Shown: in pieces, positions 38,006-50,262 of the stretch
Numbering within the stretch: position 1 is the stretch's first letter
How the letters are laid out: every line of letters starts with the position of its first letter
Source: Squalus acanthias
Lineage: Eukaryota
Reading direction: 5' to 3'
Assembly (NCBI GenBank): GCA_030390025.1
Contig: CM059438.1
Location: forward strand, 69,752,001 to 69,816,000
DNA length: 64,000 bases
Program-made: the position numbers and the translations under genes
Notes under the pieces: generated by a model
Seen by the model: the letters and a program-made list of their open reading frames with translations, nothing else
The model's database searches: none
Told to the model about the DNA's origin: nothing

Positions 38006-39639
38006 AGCTCCGCTGTGCAATTGTTAACAATTGGTCCACTCTTCAATCGCCACCATAACTTTTTCTCTTATAGCAATCTGCAGCCCTTTAACAACTGCTG
38101 TCTTGACAGATTGTGCTCTCCCCAGCCCAAGTGTTCTGCCAGCTGAGCTGAGGGGGAGGGATTCCCACCACGAATTTGTCATAGCCCGCCCGTGAACTAT
38201 CAGTAAAGGTGAGGCTACACTGTAGCCAAGTACAGCCTCATTTTTGCCTGATTGCAAAATTGGTATGTGTGCATTCTTTTAAAAAAAAAAGATTTCTTCC
38301 CTTGCTAGAAAATCAGTAGTAGAAAACTGCATAGGAGGGCAAGTCATTGACCAGAAGCATATTGCACACAAGCATCATTTATTTGTAGACCTCAAATTTG
38401 CAGAGTTCACCACATTTTTTTTTTGTTCCAACCCAGCTTCACTCTGGCAGACGGGGTTAAGTATTGTTATGAGGAGCCATCATCGTGTTCAGGCATTTAA
38501 GATTACTGCGGGGAATAGGGAAAGGAACAGCGTGAAAAATGTGCGTCCTGCCAACCATTTGCCACCTGAGTGCTTTGCTGCTGTTGCAATTCATGATTGG
38601 GGCTTATTTCTATTTTAAACATTCTCCCCAGTCCTTGCTCTCTCTACTGCTCGTCCCTTCGCATACTCTTTTCAGCTGAGAGGGTGGCTGATTGAATACA
38701 TTTTGCCATGACTTTGCTGCCTGTGCATTTATTCCAGCGAGTGATGTGCTTATTATTTATTATAACACGGTCCCTCTGACTTCCAGCAATGCAGTGAGGG
38801 AGCAGAAAAAGGAATGCCCAGGGATTTGGCTGGAAAAACATAGCCGTTTTTCTGAACAGGAAAATTACATTAGGTCCAGCAAACCTGTCCCTTGTTCATC
38901 GATCAATGTTTTCACTGTATTTCGCAATTCCTTCTCTCTCTCCGTAAGTGCATCAGATTGTCTTCTGAACCTATACCGTCTGCTTCAGTGCCCTTCCCTG
39001 CTATCTTATTTCAATGATCTATTACTCTTGGTTCCTTTAGACTTCCCTTCTTACTCATCATTTTTAACTTCTGTCCCTGGTATTTAATCCTTCACTAAAT
39101 AGTGCAGCCACAATTTAACTTCTAACCTCTGACGTTCTGTCCTTTAAAGGTACCTTATAATTGAGGCTTGCACCTTTCTTAATGCAACTGAAGGTGGAAG
39201 GTGGGAGCAGATTGCATTTGCAGTGGGACGGATTTATATTTGAAGTAAAAGCATCTAGTCAACAATTTGTCTGGACCTATTTTGTCATTCCCATCTACAT
39301 TCTTGAAACTGCAACTGCATCACCTTTAACACTCCTCTGTTCCAACTGTGGCAGACTAGAGGTTTGTCTTATGTCTTAAGAGATTCAATAGTAGTTTTTA
39401 TTAAGACTCTGTAGCATGTCAGCTTTGTGGCCACTTCACAATGCCTTCTGTGAATTGCATTTTGGGAGAAATTCTGCGCTGACTTGGTACCTCTATAGGA
39501 GAGGGAATTCACGTTGCCGGCGAGTATGTAGATTTGTCACTTCAAAGGCAGCCAATTTGCCTCTGTTTAAGTGGACTGCCTAACCAGTATCACAAATGAC
39601 TGTTATCATCAGTTTAGATCCTGCCATTGGGGTGCTATT

Positions 39640-40340
39640 TATGGACATACAATAAAGAACCATTGGGGGGAAAAAATCTGGTTTGTCTGGCATCTGCCAT
39701 TCAGACACAGCGCAACTACATTATCTATCAACCCACTCCCCAGTCACAAAATCTTTCGGTAAAGGTGAAAAACAGATATAAAAACCATAGACCAATTATG
39801 GGAAAAAAACTCTGGGAAATTCCTATACGACTCCCAAAAGGTCCAGGAGATTGCTGCAGTTAATATCACTAATTACAACTGACCCTCACATATATTCTAT
39901 AAATTAGGATGTCTTCTACTGACGGGAGCTTTCCCAAATCCCTTTTGAAGACTTTAACGAATCCACATGTTCTCACAATCTATTCCAGAAGTTGATGACT
40001 CTCTGGGGAAGAAAAAAAATACTTCCTGGCATCTAACCTATGTGTTCTGTATTATGTACTGATGGCTCCTAGTTCTCGCTTCCCTATCTAGCTCAGATAA
40101 CCTAGCTGCCTGAACAGGATTTACCCTCTTCAGTATTTTAAATGCCTTCAATATATCATCTCATAGTTTATTGTCCAACAGTTTTATTTCACCTGACGAA
40201 GGAGCAGTGCTCCGAAAGCTTGTGATTTCAAATAAAACTGTTGGACTATAACCTGGTGTTGTGCGACTTCTCATAGTTTATTCTTCAGTGAAAAAAGCCC
40301 CAGTTCCCTGAGCCCATCGTGATAACAGAGCCTGAACACA
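39640..40340 (-). mobile_element. Decayed CR1 3' end
   Basis: Antisense TTCCCCAGAGAGTCATCAACTTCTGGAATAGATTG (FxQRVINFWNRL). Confidence 0.7.
40173..40268 (+). mobile_element. 96-bp Penelope-like insertion with intact hammerhead (40189-40225)
   Basis: 14-bp TSD TCTCATAGTTTATT; 17-nt inverted 5' segment; TCAC-CTGACGA-A-GGAGC-AGT-GCTCC-GAAA-GCTT-GTGA. Confidence 0.9.
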
Positions 40341-40342
40341 TT

Positions 40343-40805
40343 GGGCCGGATTTTGTGGTCAGCGGTGAACGAATGTCACCAGCTGTTCATTACACTTACA
40401 CTTGCCCACAGACTTTCTATGGGCTTTTGCACTGGAACTTGCGGTGATTAGAAAGCCATTTTGCTGTGGTGTCCTCTCCAGAGCATCTGGGACCTGTGTG
40501 AATAGGGAAAGCAGCTGTGTATCTCCTTAACCAATCATATTGAAGAATCCTTACTGAGCCACGCAAAGTCTAAACCAGGAAGTGTAAGTTAGAATATTTA
40601 ATTCAATGCCAAATCATGAAGAGAAAGTGAAAGAAAGATTGGATTAAGAGAGATGAAAGAGACAAAGAAAAATTAATAAAACATTTTTTTTAATGTTTCA
40701 AATCTCCAACAATAATTAAAATCTGAAGGAATGAGACTCCACACTTGTAAAAGTTAATTTTCAATGCCAGAGAGGTTGTTTGTCAGTAATTAAGACTTAT
40801 CACGG
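40343..40805. mobile_element. Truncated Harbinger-type MITE
   Basis: Starts GGGCCGGATTTTG; interior (GAAAGATTGGATTAAGAGAGA, GAGACTCCACA) shared with 11315-12050. Confidence 0.7.
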
Positions 40806-41793
40806 TCTTGTGACAACTACTACAACCCTCCTTTCCATTTCTCTCTTGTCTATTCTAATAGATTTTGTTGCGCTCAATTTGTAACTGTCACTATTCTCTT
40901 GAGTATTATTTTCTTTGAATCTAATAAAATATGTCTTAAGGTTCATTTGCTTATGAACATCACTATTAAAACATTTGGGTTTGATTTTACCGTGTACCCT
41001 CCTTTTAATATGAGGGACATATATGGCTTCCATGTCCAAAATTATGGCTTTAAAAGCACCCATTTTTTCAGCTGAACTGTAGTTGTCTCTATCGAGCAGC
41101 TTCCCCCAATCAACTTTCCCCAAATTCTCTCCAATTCTTGCAAACCTGCCTGTCTGTCTCGTGATGATGCCATAACGCAATGGACTGATATCATGACACA
41201 ATTACATGTTGCGTGGGCGGTGGCCAACTTGTTCAGACCAAGCTGTGCATTCGTATCTCTCGGAACACAATTTGCCGGTCTCCTTGTGACTTGTCTAAAT
41301 TTGAGGGACTACTTATCAAATAATTAAGTAAATGCAATAACCTTTGCAGACTGCAGTCATGAGCCCTAACCTCCAGGAATAGGTCCAATCAGACTTAGCA
41401 ACCCATTTCCCCAGTGCTAACTTCCCTCCCCTTGAAGAGCATAAAAAATATGGATGAAGAAAATCCACTGCAACATGTAGCATCTTATATCTGGTGTCGT
41501 ACTAATTATTTGGCAAAAAGAGATGGCTTCAATATGCTTTAAAAAGACAAAATTAGTGAGGGATAATCCCTAATTGTGCATTCTGTTGTGTTACTCATGT
41601 TCTCACCATTGGCATTCAGTTACTTTACCATGTCCTATTTTATTCTGTTTTATTTAAATGATGTATAAACCTGGAGAGTGAGCAGCATTCAGAATGACCT
41701 TTCCATTCTCAGGGATTGCAAAATATGAGATAAACAAATTGTTATTCCACTTTCGGTAATATCCTCAGAATGCTTCAATAAATCAGAGAGAAA

Positions 41794-42686
41794 GGGGGAG
41801 AAATTAAGTATCGCCCCATTTGGGGCGCAATTATCGGCCGGGCGCAAAGATTAGCGCCTGGCGCTAATTATCGCCACCGACTGCAAACTTGACTTTTATC
41901 GCCCCAGGAGGTGATTGCAGCGCTAAATCAGGCGCTTCACACCTGTCTTAAGGCGCAAAGGCCGAGGAGCGAGGCGCTACCTTAGAGCGCTGGCGAAGCT
42001 CATGTGATGACAGTCAGCAATGGAACACACACACAATGGCACGGGCCAGTTCTTAAAGGGGATGGTTAATCTTGCTTTCCATCCACATCCTGCTCATTGC
42101 AGCCTTGAATCTCGGCCTGGAGAGACCTGCACATCAAATGTGCTGGAAAGAACAATGGAGAGTACCAGGGAAAGAGCTCAGAGTGCAGCCCCCACAGTCT
42201 CTTCTAAATCGATACAAGGAAGGGCAAATCAAAATGAACCTGCAAAGTGCTGCTCAGTACCCAAAACTCCTTCACACAACGTTGAATCTCTCCAGAAGTC
42301 TCTCCCTCTCTCTCTCAGAATGCGTGGTTCAAAAATGGCACCAACAATAAAAGGCAGGAAGCGGTCACCTTTAAATAGCGCTCCCCCTTTCCCTTCATGA
42401 CTGCAGAACGCTCCCCTCAAACTGTCGTTGCTAGCGTCAGGCGGTAAGGCAGGGGGCGCCACTCAATATCCGCTCCGGGGCGATACCGGGGCGTTGCGCA
42501 CTCGAGTGATGTCATGATCTGCCGGCGCAGGAGATCGTGGCGGTAGTGTTTAGCGCCGCCGCAAAATGTCTAGTTAATTTCGCGAGCGGCGCAAACTTCG
42601 CCGCGCCTGGGCGCTAGATGCTTTGCGCCCCATTAGCGCCCTCTTAAGGCGCTAACAGGAGGCGCAACCAACTGAATTTTTCCCCC
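41794..42686. mobile_element. Harbinger-type MITE (family A)
   Basis: GGGGGAGAAATT / GAATTTTTCCCCC; TSD AAA; highly similar to 45314-46210. Confidence 0.95.
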
Positions 42687-42734
42687 AAAGTGTCATGTGT
42701 TGCCGGCCCTTCCAAAAATGTATGTAATTTTATT

Positions 42735-43484
42735 GGCCCTGAATTTCCAATCGGCGGCTTCCTGCGGGCGGATGCCTCCGATCGGAAAAAAATCGACGAA
42801 CTTACCTGCTGGTTCCGTAGATCCCGAGGCTTGCAATGCTGGGCCGCTCCTCTTCGAAATGCGCAGAGGTCCACGTATCCCAGGGGCGCATGCGGTTCGC
42901 TAGCGCCCCTGGGATCACGTGGGCCAGGCGAACCAATGGAAGAAGGGAGTCCCCCTTCATACTTTTGACAGTTACGTACGCACAGAAATGTCAAAAGTAT
43001 GAATGGGGATGACTGCAAAAATGCACCAAAACACTGAAATAAATGAAGAAAAACCATTACATATATAAAATTCATTAAAATGCCATTCAATTAAATATTT
43101 TAAACAAAAATTTAATTTTTTGAAAAATAAATTTAAATGTTTAAAAGGGGCTAAAATATCCTTACCTTATTGCACAAGTTTTTTAACGTTTAAATGATTG
43201 AAAAAAAATATTTTAATGTTATTTTAAACTGTTATGCCTTTAAAAGCAGGTCTTACGCCTGCTTTTACCAGGCGTAAGAATTCTATGGCCTTTCAGCGGA
43301 CGGAAGTTGTGCAAAAAGCGCAATTCTCCACCCGCAGAGGCACTTTTCCTGGGCAAGCGGATGACAGATCACAAGTGCTGGTTTTCAGCGCATGCGCTTC
43401 GCATGCCTGAAACCGGCACTTGCGCCGCCCCTACGGGCGCGTACGCACCTCGTACCCACCCGAAGGGGTCGGAAAATCCAGCCC
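42735..43484. mobile_element. Harbinger-type MITE (family D)
   Basis: GGCCCTGAATTTCC / GGAAAATCCAGCCC; TSD ATT. Confidence 0.9.
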
Positions 43485-45313
43485 ATTATCTTTCAGCTGA
43501 AGGAAGACTTACAGTGTGACTGTGTTTATTAATATATTTCGGACAGTTAGCTGGCAATATGGTTTTTTTTTTAGTTCTTAGTTTGGACCTAGCAATTATT
43601 TAGAAGCGGCTTAAGCAGACGGGCTGAAGAATAGGAGTTGTAAGTAAAATATAAGGTAATTCAGGAAACAGCAATGTGCACACCAGGAAAGCATACTATT
43701 TTGAAATATCCTCCACCCTCTGGTGCTGCATGCCCTCCATGTTCCCAGCTTCATCTCCCATTGGGATCATCCCATTTTCAGAGGGTGAGCATCCCCAGTG
43801 GAATTATATTTATATTTGTTCCTTCTTTCCAAAACCAAAGGAATCCAAGGTTTGATCATGTTATATGGGACACTTGCCTCGAACTGATAGTTGCACTGTT
43901 TGACAGATTCCTCTCTCCAGTGCCTGTTTTGTGGCGAACACAAGTCTGTGTTCCACATATGTCAGAGACTGCAGCCCTTATTCACCATTGGAAGAGCTTG
44001 TTTTTAAATTTATAATCGCATTTTAACTTTACTTTATTTTTGGTCAATCTGCTGTGTCAGGCAAGGAGATTGGAGCATGCACTTAAACTAAAAGTTTACA
44101 GTCAGTTGCACCAGAGCATCAGTGTCCTTTTGAAGGCAAGCTGCCTAAAAACTACTCACAACATTCCCAATATGGCCTTGGCAATGATCTTTACAAGGTT
44201 AGAATAATTTGTTTTGGCTTAAAGTCAAATACCCTTGAGATGTATTCTAATATTTGATTGGCTTTGTTGATGACAGCTTCACACACTGACTTGAGATTCA
44301 GGCTGCATTTACACTTCAAGTGGAACGTCCGGGTGAAGAAAAGCCACTTGTCACTGATGCTACAGTTCCAGTGTGAATGCACCTTAGCTTGTTTTCTGTG
44401 TTGTGAGGGAGGGGAGACATTGAGCTTGGTGGGATGAGTGAAACCGGAATGATGTAGGTGAAAGTGAAATGAGCAAGATACTGATTCAATGAAACGTCAG
44501 GTGCTTCAGCATCTGAGTTTTATTCAGCAGTCTATTACCAGAAAATAAGCGGCACATGGCATTATCTACTAGCAAAGCCAAATTGGCGTTAAATTGATGT
44601 TACAGTCACTGCCTGCTTAGTATTTGAAAGAATTCTGGCTGACATTTATGTACAGAGACAGTAAGGGCATAATTAAACCTGAAGAAGAAACTGTAAGGGT
44701 TTAATAGTGTTGATCATTCATTTTGCTATAAATGGCCGTTTGTAATGCTTGTGAAGGTGCACTGGGAAACGATCAATATTAGTGTTCCAGTAAAAAATGT
44801 GAGAGTTCATTTTCAGCTGCAGCATGAATAGAATGTATCTAGTTTGCAGTGCATTAGTACCTGCTTTTGGTCCTGAAATATTGAAGTCACTTTGTGGCAG
44901 TGAAAGCATCACACTGAACTGTAGCTTACGTGAGAGAATGCATGTAGTTACAAATAGCTTTTAGTTCATCGGATTTTTAAAGAGACTATACAACTGTGCT
45001 TGCAATGTTGAAGTTTCTTAGCCCTGGGACAGTAGAATTAGACTGAGGATACTTTGTTGTTTATAGGTGCGCCATGATACTGTACCCGATTTAGAATCCA
45101 GGGCAATAACTAATTATATCGCAAAGAGTGACTTGCTAACAAGTCCCATAGCTGAGGACATAAGAACATAAGAAATAGGAGCAGGAGTAGGCCATACGGC
45201 CTCTCGAGCCTGCTCTGCCATTCAATAAGATCTTGGCTGATCATCGACCTCAACTCCACTTTCCCGCCCGATCTCCATATCTCTTGATTAGATTAAACAC
45301 TATTAGACTCCTA

Positions 45314-46210
45314 GGGGGAGAAATTCAGTATCGCCCCATTTGGGGCGCAATTATCGGCCGGGCGCAAAGATTAGCGCCTGGCGCTAATTATCGCCACCGA
45401 CTGCAAACTTGACTTTTATCGCCCCTGGAGGTGATTGGAGCGCTAAATCAGGCGCTTCACACCTGTCTTAAGGCGCAAAGGCCGAGGAGCGAGGCGCTAC
45501 CTCAGAGCGCTGGTGAAGCTCATGTGATGTCAGTCAGCAATGGAACACACACACAATGGCCCGGGCCAGTTCTTAAAGGGGATGGTTAATCTTGCTTTCC
45601 ATCCACATCCTGCTCATTGCAGCCTTGAATCTCGGCCTGGAGAGACCTGCACATCAAATGTGCTGGAAAGAACAATGGAGAGTACCAGGCAAAGAGCTCA
45701 GAGTGCAGCCCCCACAAACTCTTCTAAATCGATACAAGGAATGGCAGATCAAAATGAACCTGCAAAGTGCTGCTCAGTACCCAAAACTCCTTCACACAAC
45801 GTTGAATCTCTCCAGAAGTCTCTCTCTCTCTCTCTCTCTCAGAATGCGTAGTTCAAAAATGGCACCAAGAATAAAAGGCAGGAAGCGGTCACCTTTAAAT
45901 AGCGCTCCCCCAGTCCCTTCATGACTGCAGAACGCTTCCCTCAACCTGTCGTTGCTAGCGTCAGGCGGTAAGGCAGGGGGCGCCACTCAATTTCCGCTCT
46001 GGGACGTTACCGGGGCGTTGCGCACTCGACTGACGTCACGATCTGCCGGCGCAGGAGATCGTGGCGGTAGTGTTTAGCGCCGCCGCAAAATGTCTAGTTA
46101 ATTTCGCGAGCAGCGCAAACTTCGCCGCGCCTGGGCGCTAGATACTTTGCGCCCCATTAGCGCCCTCTTAAGGCGCTAACGGGAGGCGCAACCAACTGAA
46201 TTTTTCCCCC
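45314..46210. mobile_element. Harbinger-type MITE (family A)
   Basis: GGGGGAGAAATTCAG / CTGAATTTTTCCCCC; TSD CTA. Confidence 0.95.
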
Positions 46211-46958
46211 CTAGAGTCCAAAAATCTATCTATCTCAGCCTTGAATATACTCAAAGACTGATCATTCACAGCCCTCTGGGGCAGAGAATTCCAAAGATTT
46301 ACAACCCTCTGAGTGAAGAAATTCCTCCTCATCTCGGTCTTAAATGGCCTACCCCTTATCCTGAGATTGTGCCCCCTAGTTCTAGACACTCCAGCCAAGG
46401 GAAACAACCTCTCAGCATCTAACCCTGTCAATCCCCTTCAGAATCTTGTATGTTTTAATGAGATCACCTCTCATTCTTCTAAACTCCAGAGAGTATAGGC
46501 CCATTCTACACAATCTCTCATCATAGGAAAGCCCTCTCGTCCCAGGAATCAATCTAGTGAACCTTCGTTGCACCGCCTCCAAGGCAAGTATATCCTTCCT
46601 TAGATAGGAGACCAAAACTGTGCGCAATACTCCAGGTGTGGTCTCACCAAGGCCCTGTAGAATTGTAGCCAGACTTCTTTACTCTTGTACTCCAACCCTC
46701 TAGCAATAAATGCCAACATACCATTTGCCTTCCTTATTGCTTGCTGTACCTGCATGCTAGCTTTCTGTGTTTCTTGCATGAGGACACCCAAATCTCTCTT
46801 TGAACACCAACATTTGAAAGATTCTCACCATTTAAAAAATATTCTGTTTTCTATTCTTCCTACCAAAGTGAATAACCTCACATTTCCCTACATTATACTC
46901 CATCTGCCACCTTACTGCCCACTCACTTAGTCTATCTATATCCCTTTGCAGACTCTTT

Positions 46959-47690
46959 GGACTGGATTTTCATAGGGCTGTGGAGGCGGGTTTAGAGGTG
47001 TGTGGGGGGTTAAAATTGCGAAACGTGGCGGGCGGACCTGATCCCGCCTCCATTCCGCCTCCACGCAATTTTGATAAAATCGTGTGTGCTGTTCCCGACT
47101 CCGTCCCGCCTCCAAGAGGCGGGAGAGGCCATTAAAGCCCTTAACAAGCCCTAAATTGGTTCTGTAATGCCATTTTGAAACGTTTTAGCTAGTTTAACCC
47201 TTTTCCGACGTGAAGCACGCCTGATGTGAAACACGCCAGTGAAACCTGGCGGGAGCACAAGTGGATAGCTGACTATCAGCTGCAGGCCCACTATTACAAC
47301 GGAGATGTGATGATGGCAGTAGTAGTATTAGGTCTGAAAGTCGCCTCTGATGCAGCTGCATTGAATGTCTTCAGAGACTGCCTGGCCTTTGCTGTGAGAG
47401 GACCTGGATGCAAAAAAAATTCTCTCTCTCTCTCTCGCTCACATCCAGGTCCACTCACAGCAAAGGCCAGGCAGTCTCTGAAGATCTTCAATGCAACAGC
47501 AATGATGACATCATCAGAGGCGACTTTCAGACTGAAACCACTAATTGGGTCATGGGTTCCCACATGCTGGAACTCAATTGCCCAATCAGGTGAAAATTGC
47601 ATCAATCTCCCACATCCAATTGCAGTCGGGTGGATAACACGAAATGCGGATGACACGACCCCAACCCGCCCCAGTATCAAAATCCAGCCC
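46959..47690. mobile_element. Harbinger-type MITE (family B)
   Basis: GGACTGGATTTT / AAAATCCAGCCC; TSD TTT; the empty site GACTCTTTGTGT is seen in the CR1 paralog near 62660. Confidence 0.95.
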
Positions 47691-49689
47691 TTTGTGTTCT
47701 CCTCACACCTTACTTTCCCACCAAACTTTGTATCATCAGCAAACTTGGATACATTACACTCGGTCTCCTCATCTAGGTCATTAATATAGATTTTAAATAG
47801 CTGAGGCCCCAACACTGATCCTTGCGGCACTCCACCAGTTACAGCCTGCCAACCTGAAAAAGATCCGTTTATCCCTACTCTCTTCTTTCCGTTAACCAAT
47901 CTTCTATCCATGCTACTGTATTACCCCCAACCCCATGAGCCCTAATCTTGTGTAATAACTTTTTATGTGGCACCTTATCGAATGCCTTTTGGAAATCCAA
48001 ATATACTACATCCACTGGTTCCCCTTTATCTACCCTGCTAGTTATGTCCTCAAAAAACGCTAATAAATTTGTCAAACATGATTTCCCTTTCATAAAACCA
48101 TGTTGACTCTGCCTAATCATATTATGATTTTCTAAGTGCCTTGTTACCACTTTCTTAACAATGGATTCCAGCATTTTCCTGAAGCCTGATGTCAGGCTAA
48201 CTGGCCTGTAGTTCCCTGTTTTTTCTCTCCCTCCTTTCTTGAATAGCGGTGTTACATTTGTGACCATCCAATCCACTGGGACCATTCTCGAATCTAGAGA
48301 ATTTTGTAAGATCAAAACCAATGCATCCACTATCTCTTCAGCCAGCTCTTTCGAGGTCAGATGAGTCTGGAGAACCAAAGTGGCAGGTTTGTTGTTTTTT
48401 AGAAAAATACTTTACTCTTATCGAGCTAGAGGAATACTTTACGTAAAAGATATTTGTCCTTCTCCTAATTGATTAAAATAATACTTATTCAAACTAGTTA
48501 ATTTTATTGTGAATTCTCAAAGTTAATGCAACAGTGTGAAATATTGGTACTTGCTGGACAGGAAATTCAATGTATGAACTTAGACTGTGTTGGGAGTGTT
48601 AACTATTTAACCGCTCTGTTTTACTGCAAGAAGATTTGCTGCAAGCCTGTCAAAATACATCCCATTCTCTGACTGTTCTAACATTTTGCTGCTTGTACAT
48701 GATGATATCCTGAAGGCTTATTCCTGTATAATGTAATTCTTGTGGGGGCGTAAATTTCTGTTGCTCTATTTCTGAGGATGCAGGAGGAAGGGATGCCATA
48801 TCAATGCGGAAAATTTCCAGAAGCCCAGCATATTCATAGTGGCTGTGGCATACTGAACGTTGCAAGTTCATGCCAAGTGTGGAGTACTCTATGCAATTAC
48901 AGCCTTCAATTGCAACATCTGTCAGTGTGTTTGGGCTGATAGATAAGGGATACTTGAACAGAACTCTATCGAATAGGAAGATTTGGATCTGGAGAATGAG
49001 AAGGATGTAAGGCAAGAGAGTTAGGAAGCAAGTCGGAGGTTCAGGCAGGAACTGGGATTATCCCCTTGTAGCTTAAAGAGCAGACTCTTATGTTGGGGTG
49101 ATTTATTTTGTGGGGGGGGTGGGGGTGTGGCATCTGCATTGCAACTGTTGACAGTCTTGTGCCGGGACCTTCTGTAAGAAATAGGAGCAGGAGTAGGCAA
49201 TTCGGCCCTTCGAGCCTGCTGCGCAGAGTCCTAATTGGGAAATAAGTGAGATGTAAACCAGCGCTCTTGAAAGCCCCACATGCTGTAATATCTGAGCATG
49301 GGTGTGAGCAAGCCAGGCTGATGTGGAAATTGTAATGATGTGTAAAAGTTGAATAGAACCACCCAGATGTCCGTGATGTGATCAAAAAGAAGACACCTGC
49401 TCTGAGAGCGGGGAGCTGACATTTTGGAATACAATTGGGATATGCCGCAGTCTCCAGAGTGTTATAAACTTGACTGAAAATCATTACTTGATCCCAGAAC
49501 TGGGGTGGAAATAGAAGGGCTTTCGCTAGTAGATATTTGAGACTGGATGGAAGTGTTGCCGAAACATGGAGATAATGCAAACAGACCTTTAAATTGTATG
49601 CAACAGCAAAAGGCATAGGAGGCTAAACAAAGTACAAGTCAGTACTTTACTGCATGTGTTAAGTGAGTAAGGCTTAGAGATATATAACA

Positions 49690-50150
49690 TGGTCATGTAT
49701 GGTGAAGGAGAGGATAAGTGTAAACTGACCAGGTTTGAGGAATATTTCACAAATCAGAAGAATATTACATAAAAAAGACGTGTTTAGTACCAAGTATTAA
49801 GCGCAAGGAAAATGCATTGATCAATTTAGAACAGATTTGTGAAAAAGCCAAGTCTTGTGAGCACGGATCCCTCGTACACAGCCCACTTAAAGAATTACAG
49901 TTGGTTTCGTGGATAATGAAGTCAGAGCCAGATTAAGAGCCAAGAGTCTCTACTACAGGAAGCAGTGGAGATTTACACCACAGGAGAGGTCAGCAACACA
50001 CAGCTCGAACACCTGTGCAACACCAACAGGGCTGTAAGTAATGTTAGTGAGTGAAGCAGAGATGTCATTCATACAATGAAAAAAAATCGGACCAAGTTGG
50101 TCAGTAACACATCATAGAGTGTAAATAGTGTGGTAAGACCACAGAGGATC
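49690..50150 (+). pseudogene. Decayed Gypsy-type gag remnant
   Basis: Across frameshifts: FEEYFTNQKNIT*KR, QGKCIDQFRTDL, AKSCEHGSL, RITVGFVDNEVRARL, LQEAVEI...EVSNTQL. Confidence 0.7.
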
Positions 50151-50262
50151 TCATCCTTTAAAACCACTGTCATCAGAAGATATAACGAGAGTACAGGTCC
50201 TCGATAAAAATGAATAGAAGGCAGGAACTGTTTTACATAAAAGGGTGATGAGCTGAGATCAT

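Larger units (their letters stand above)
45158..48350 (-). mobile_element. CR1 LINE ORF2 pseudogene interrupted by two MITEs
   Basis: NVTPLFKKGGREKTGNYRPVSLTS, YLDFQKAFDKVPH, GVPQGSVLGP and FADDTK motifs; tail (ACATAAGA)n. Confidence 0.95.

Noticed and set aside
47294..47911. Longest ORF (205 aa) with RT motif FADDTK and a novel C-terminus
   Set aside because: It is CR1 RT reading by chance into an inserted MITE; the junction coincides with the TIR/TSD at 47690.
48780..49050. Cys-containing stretch resembling a CR1 ORF1 zinc finger
   Set aside because: Too degraded to support by eye.
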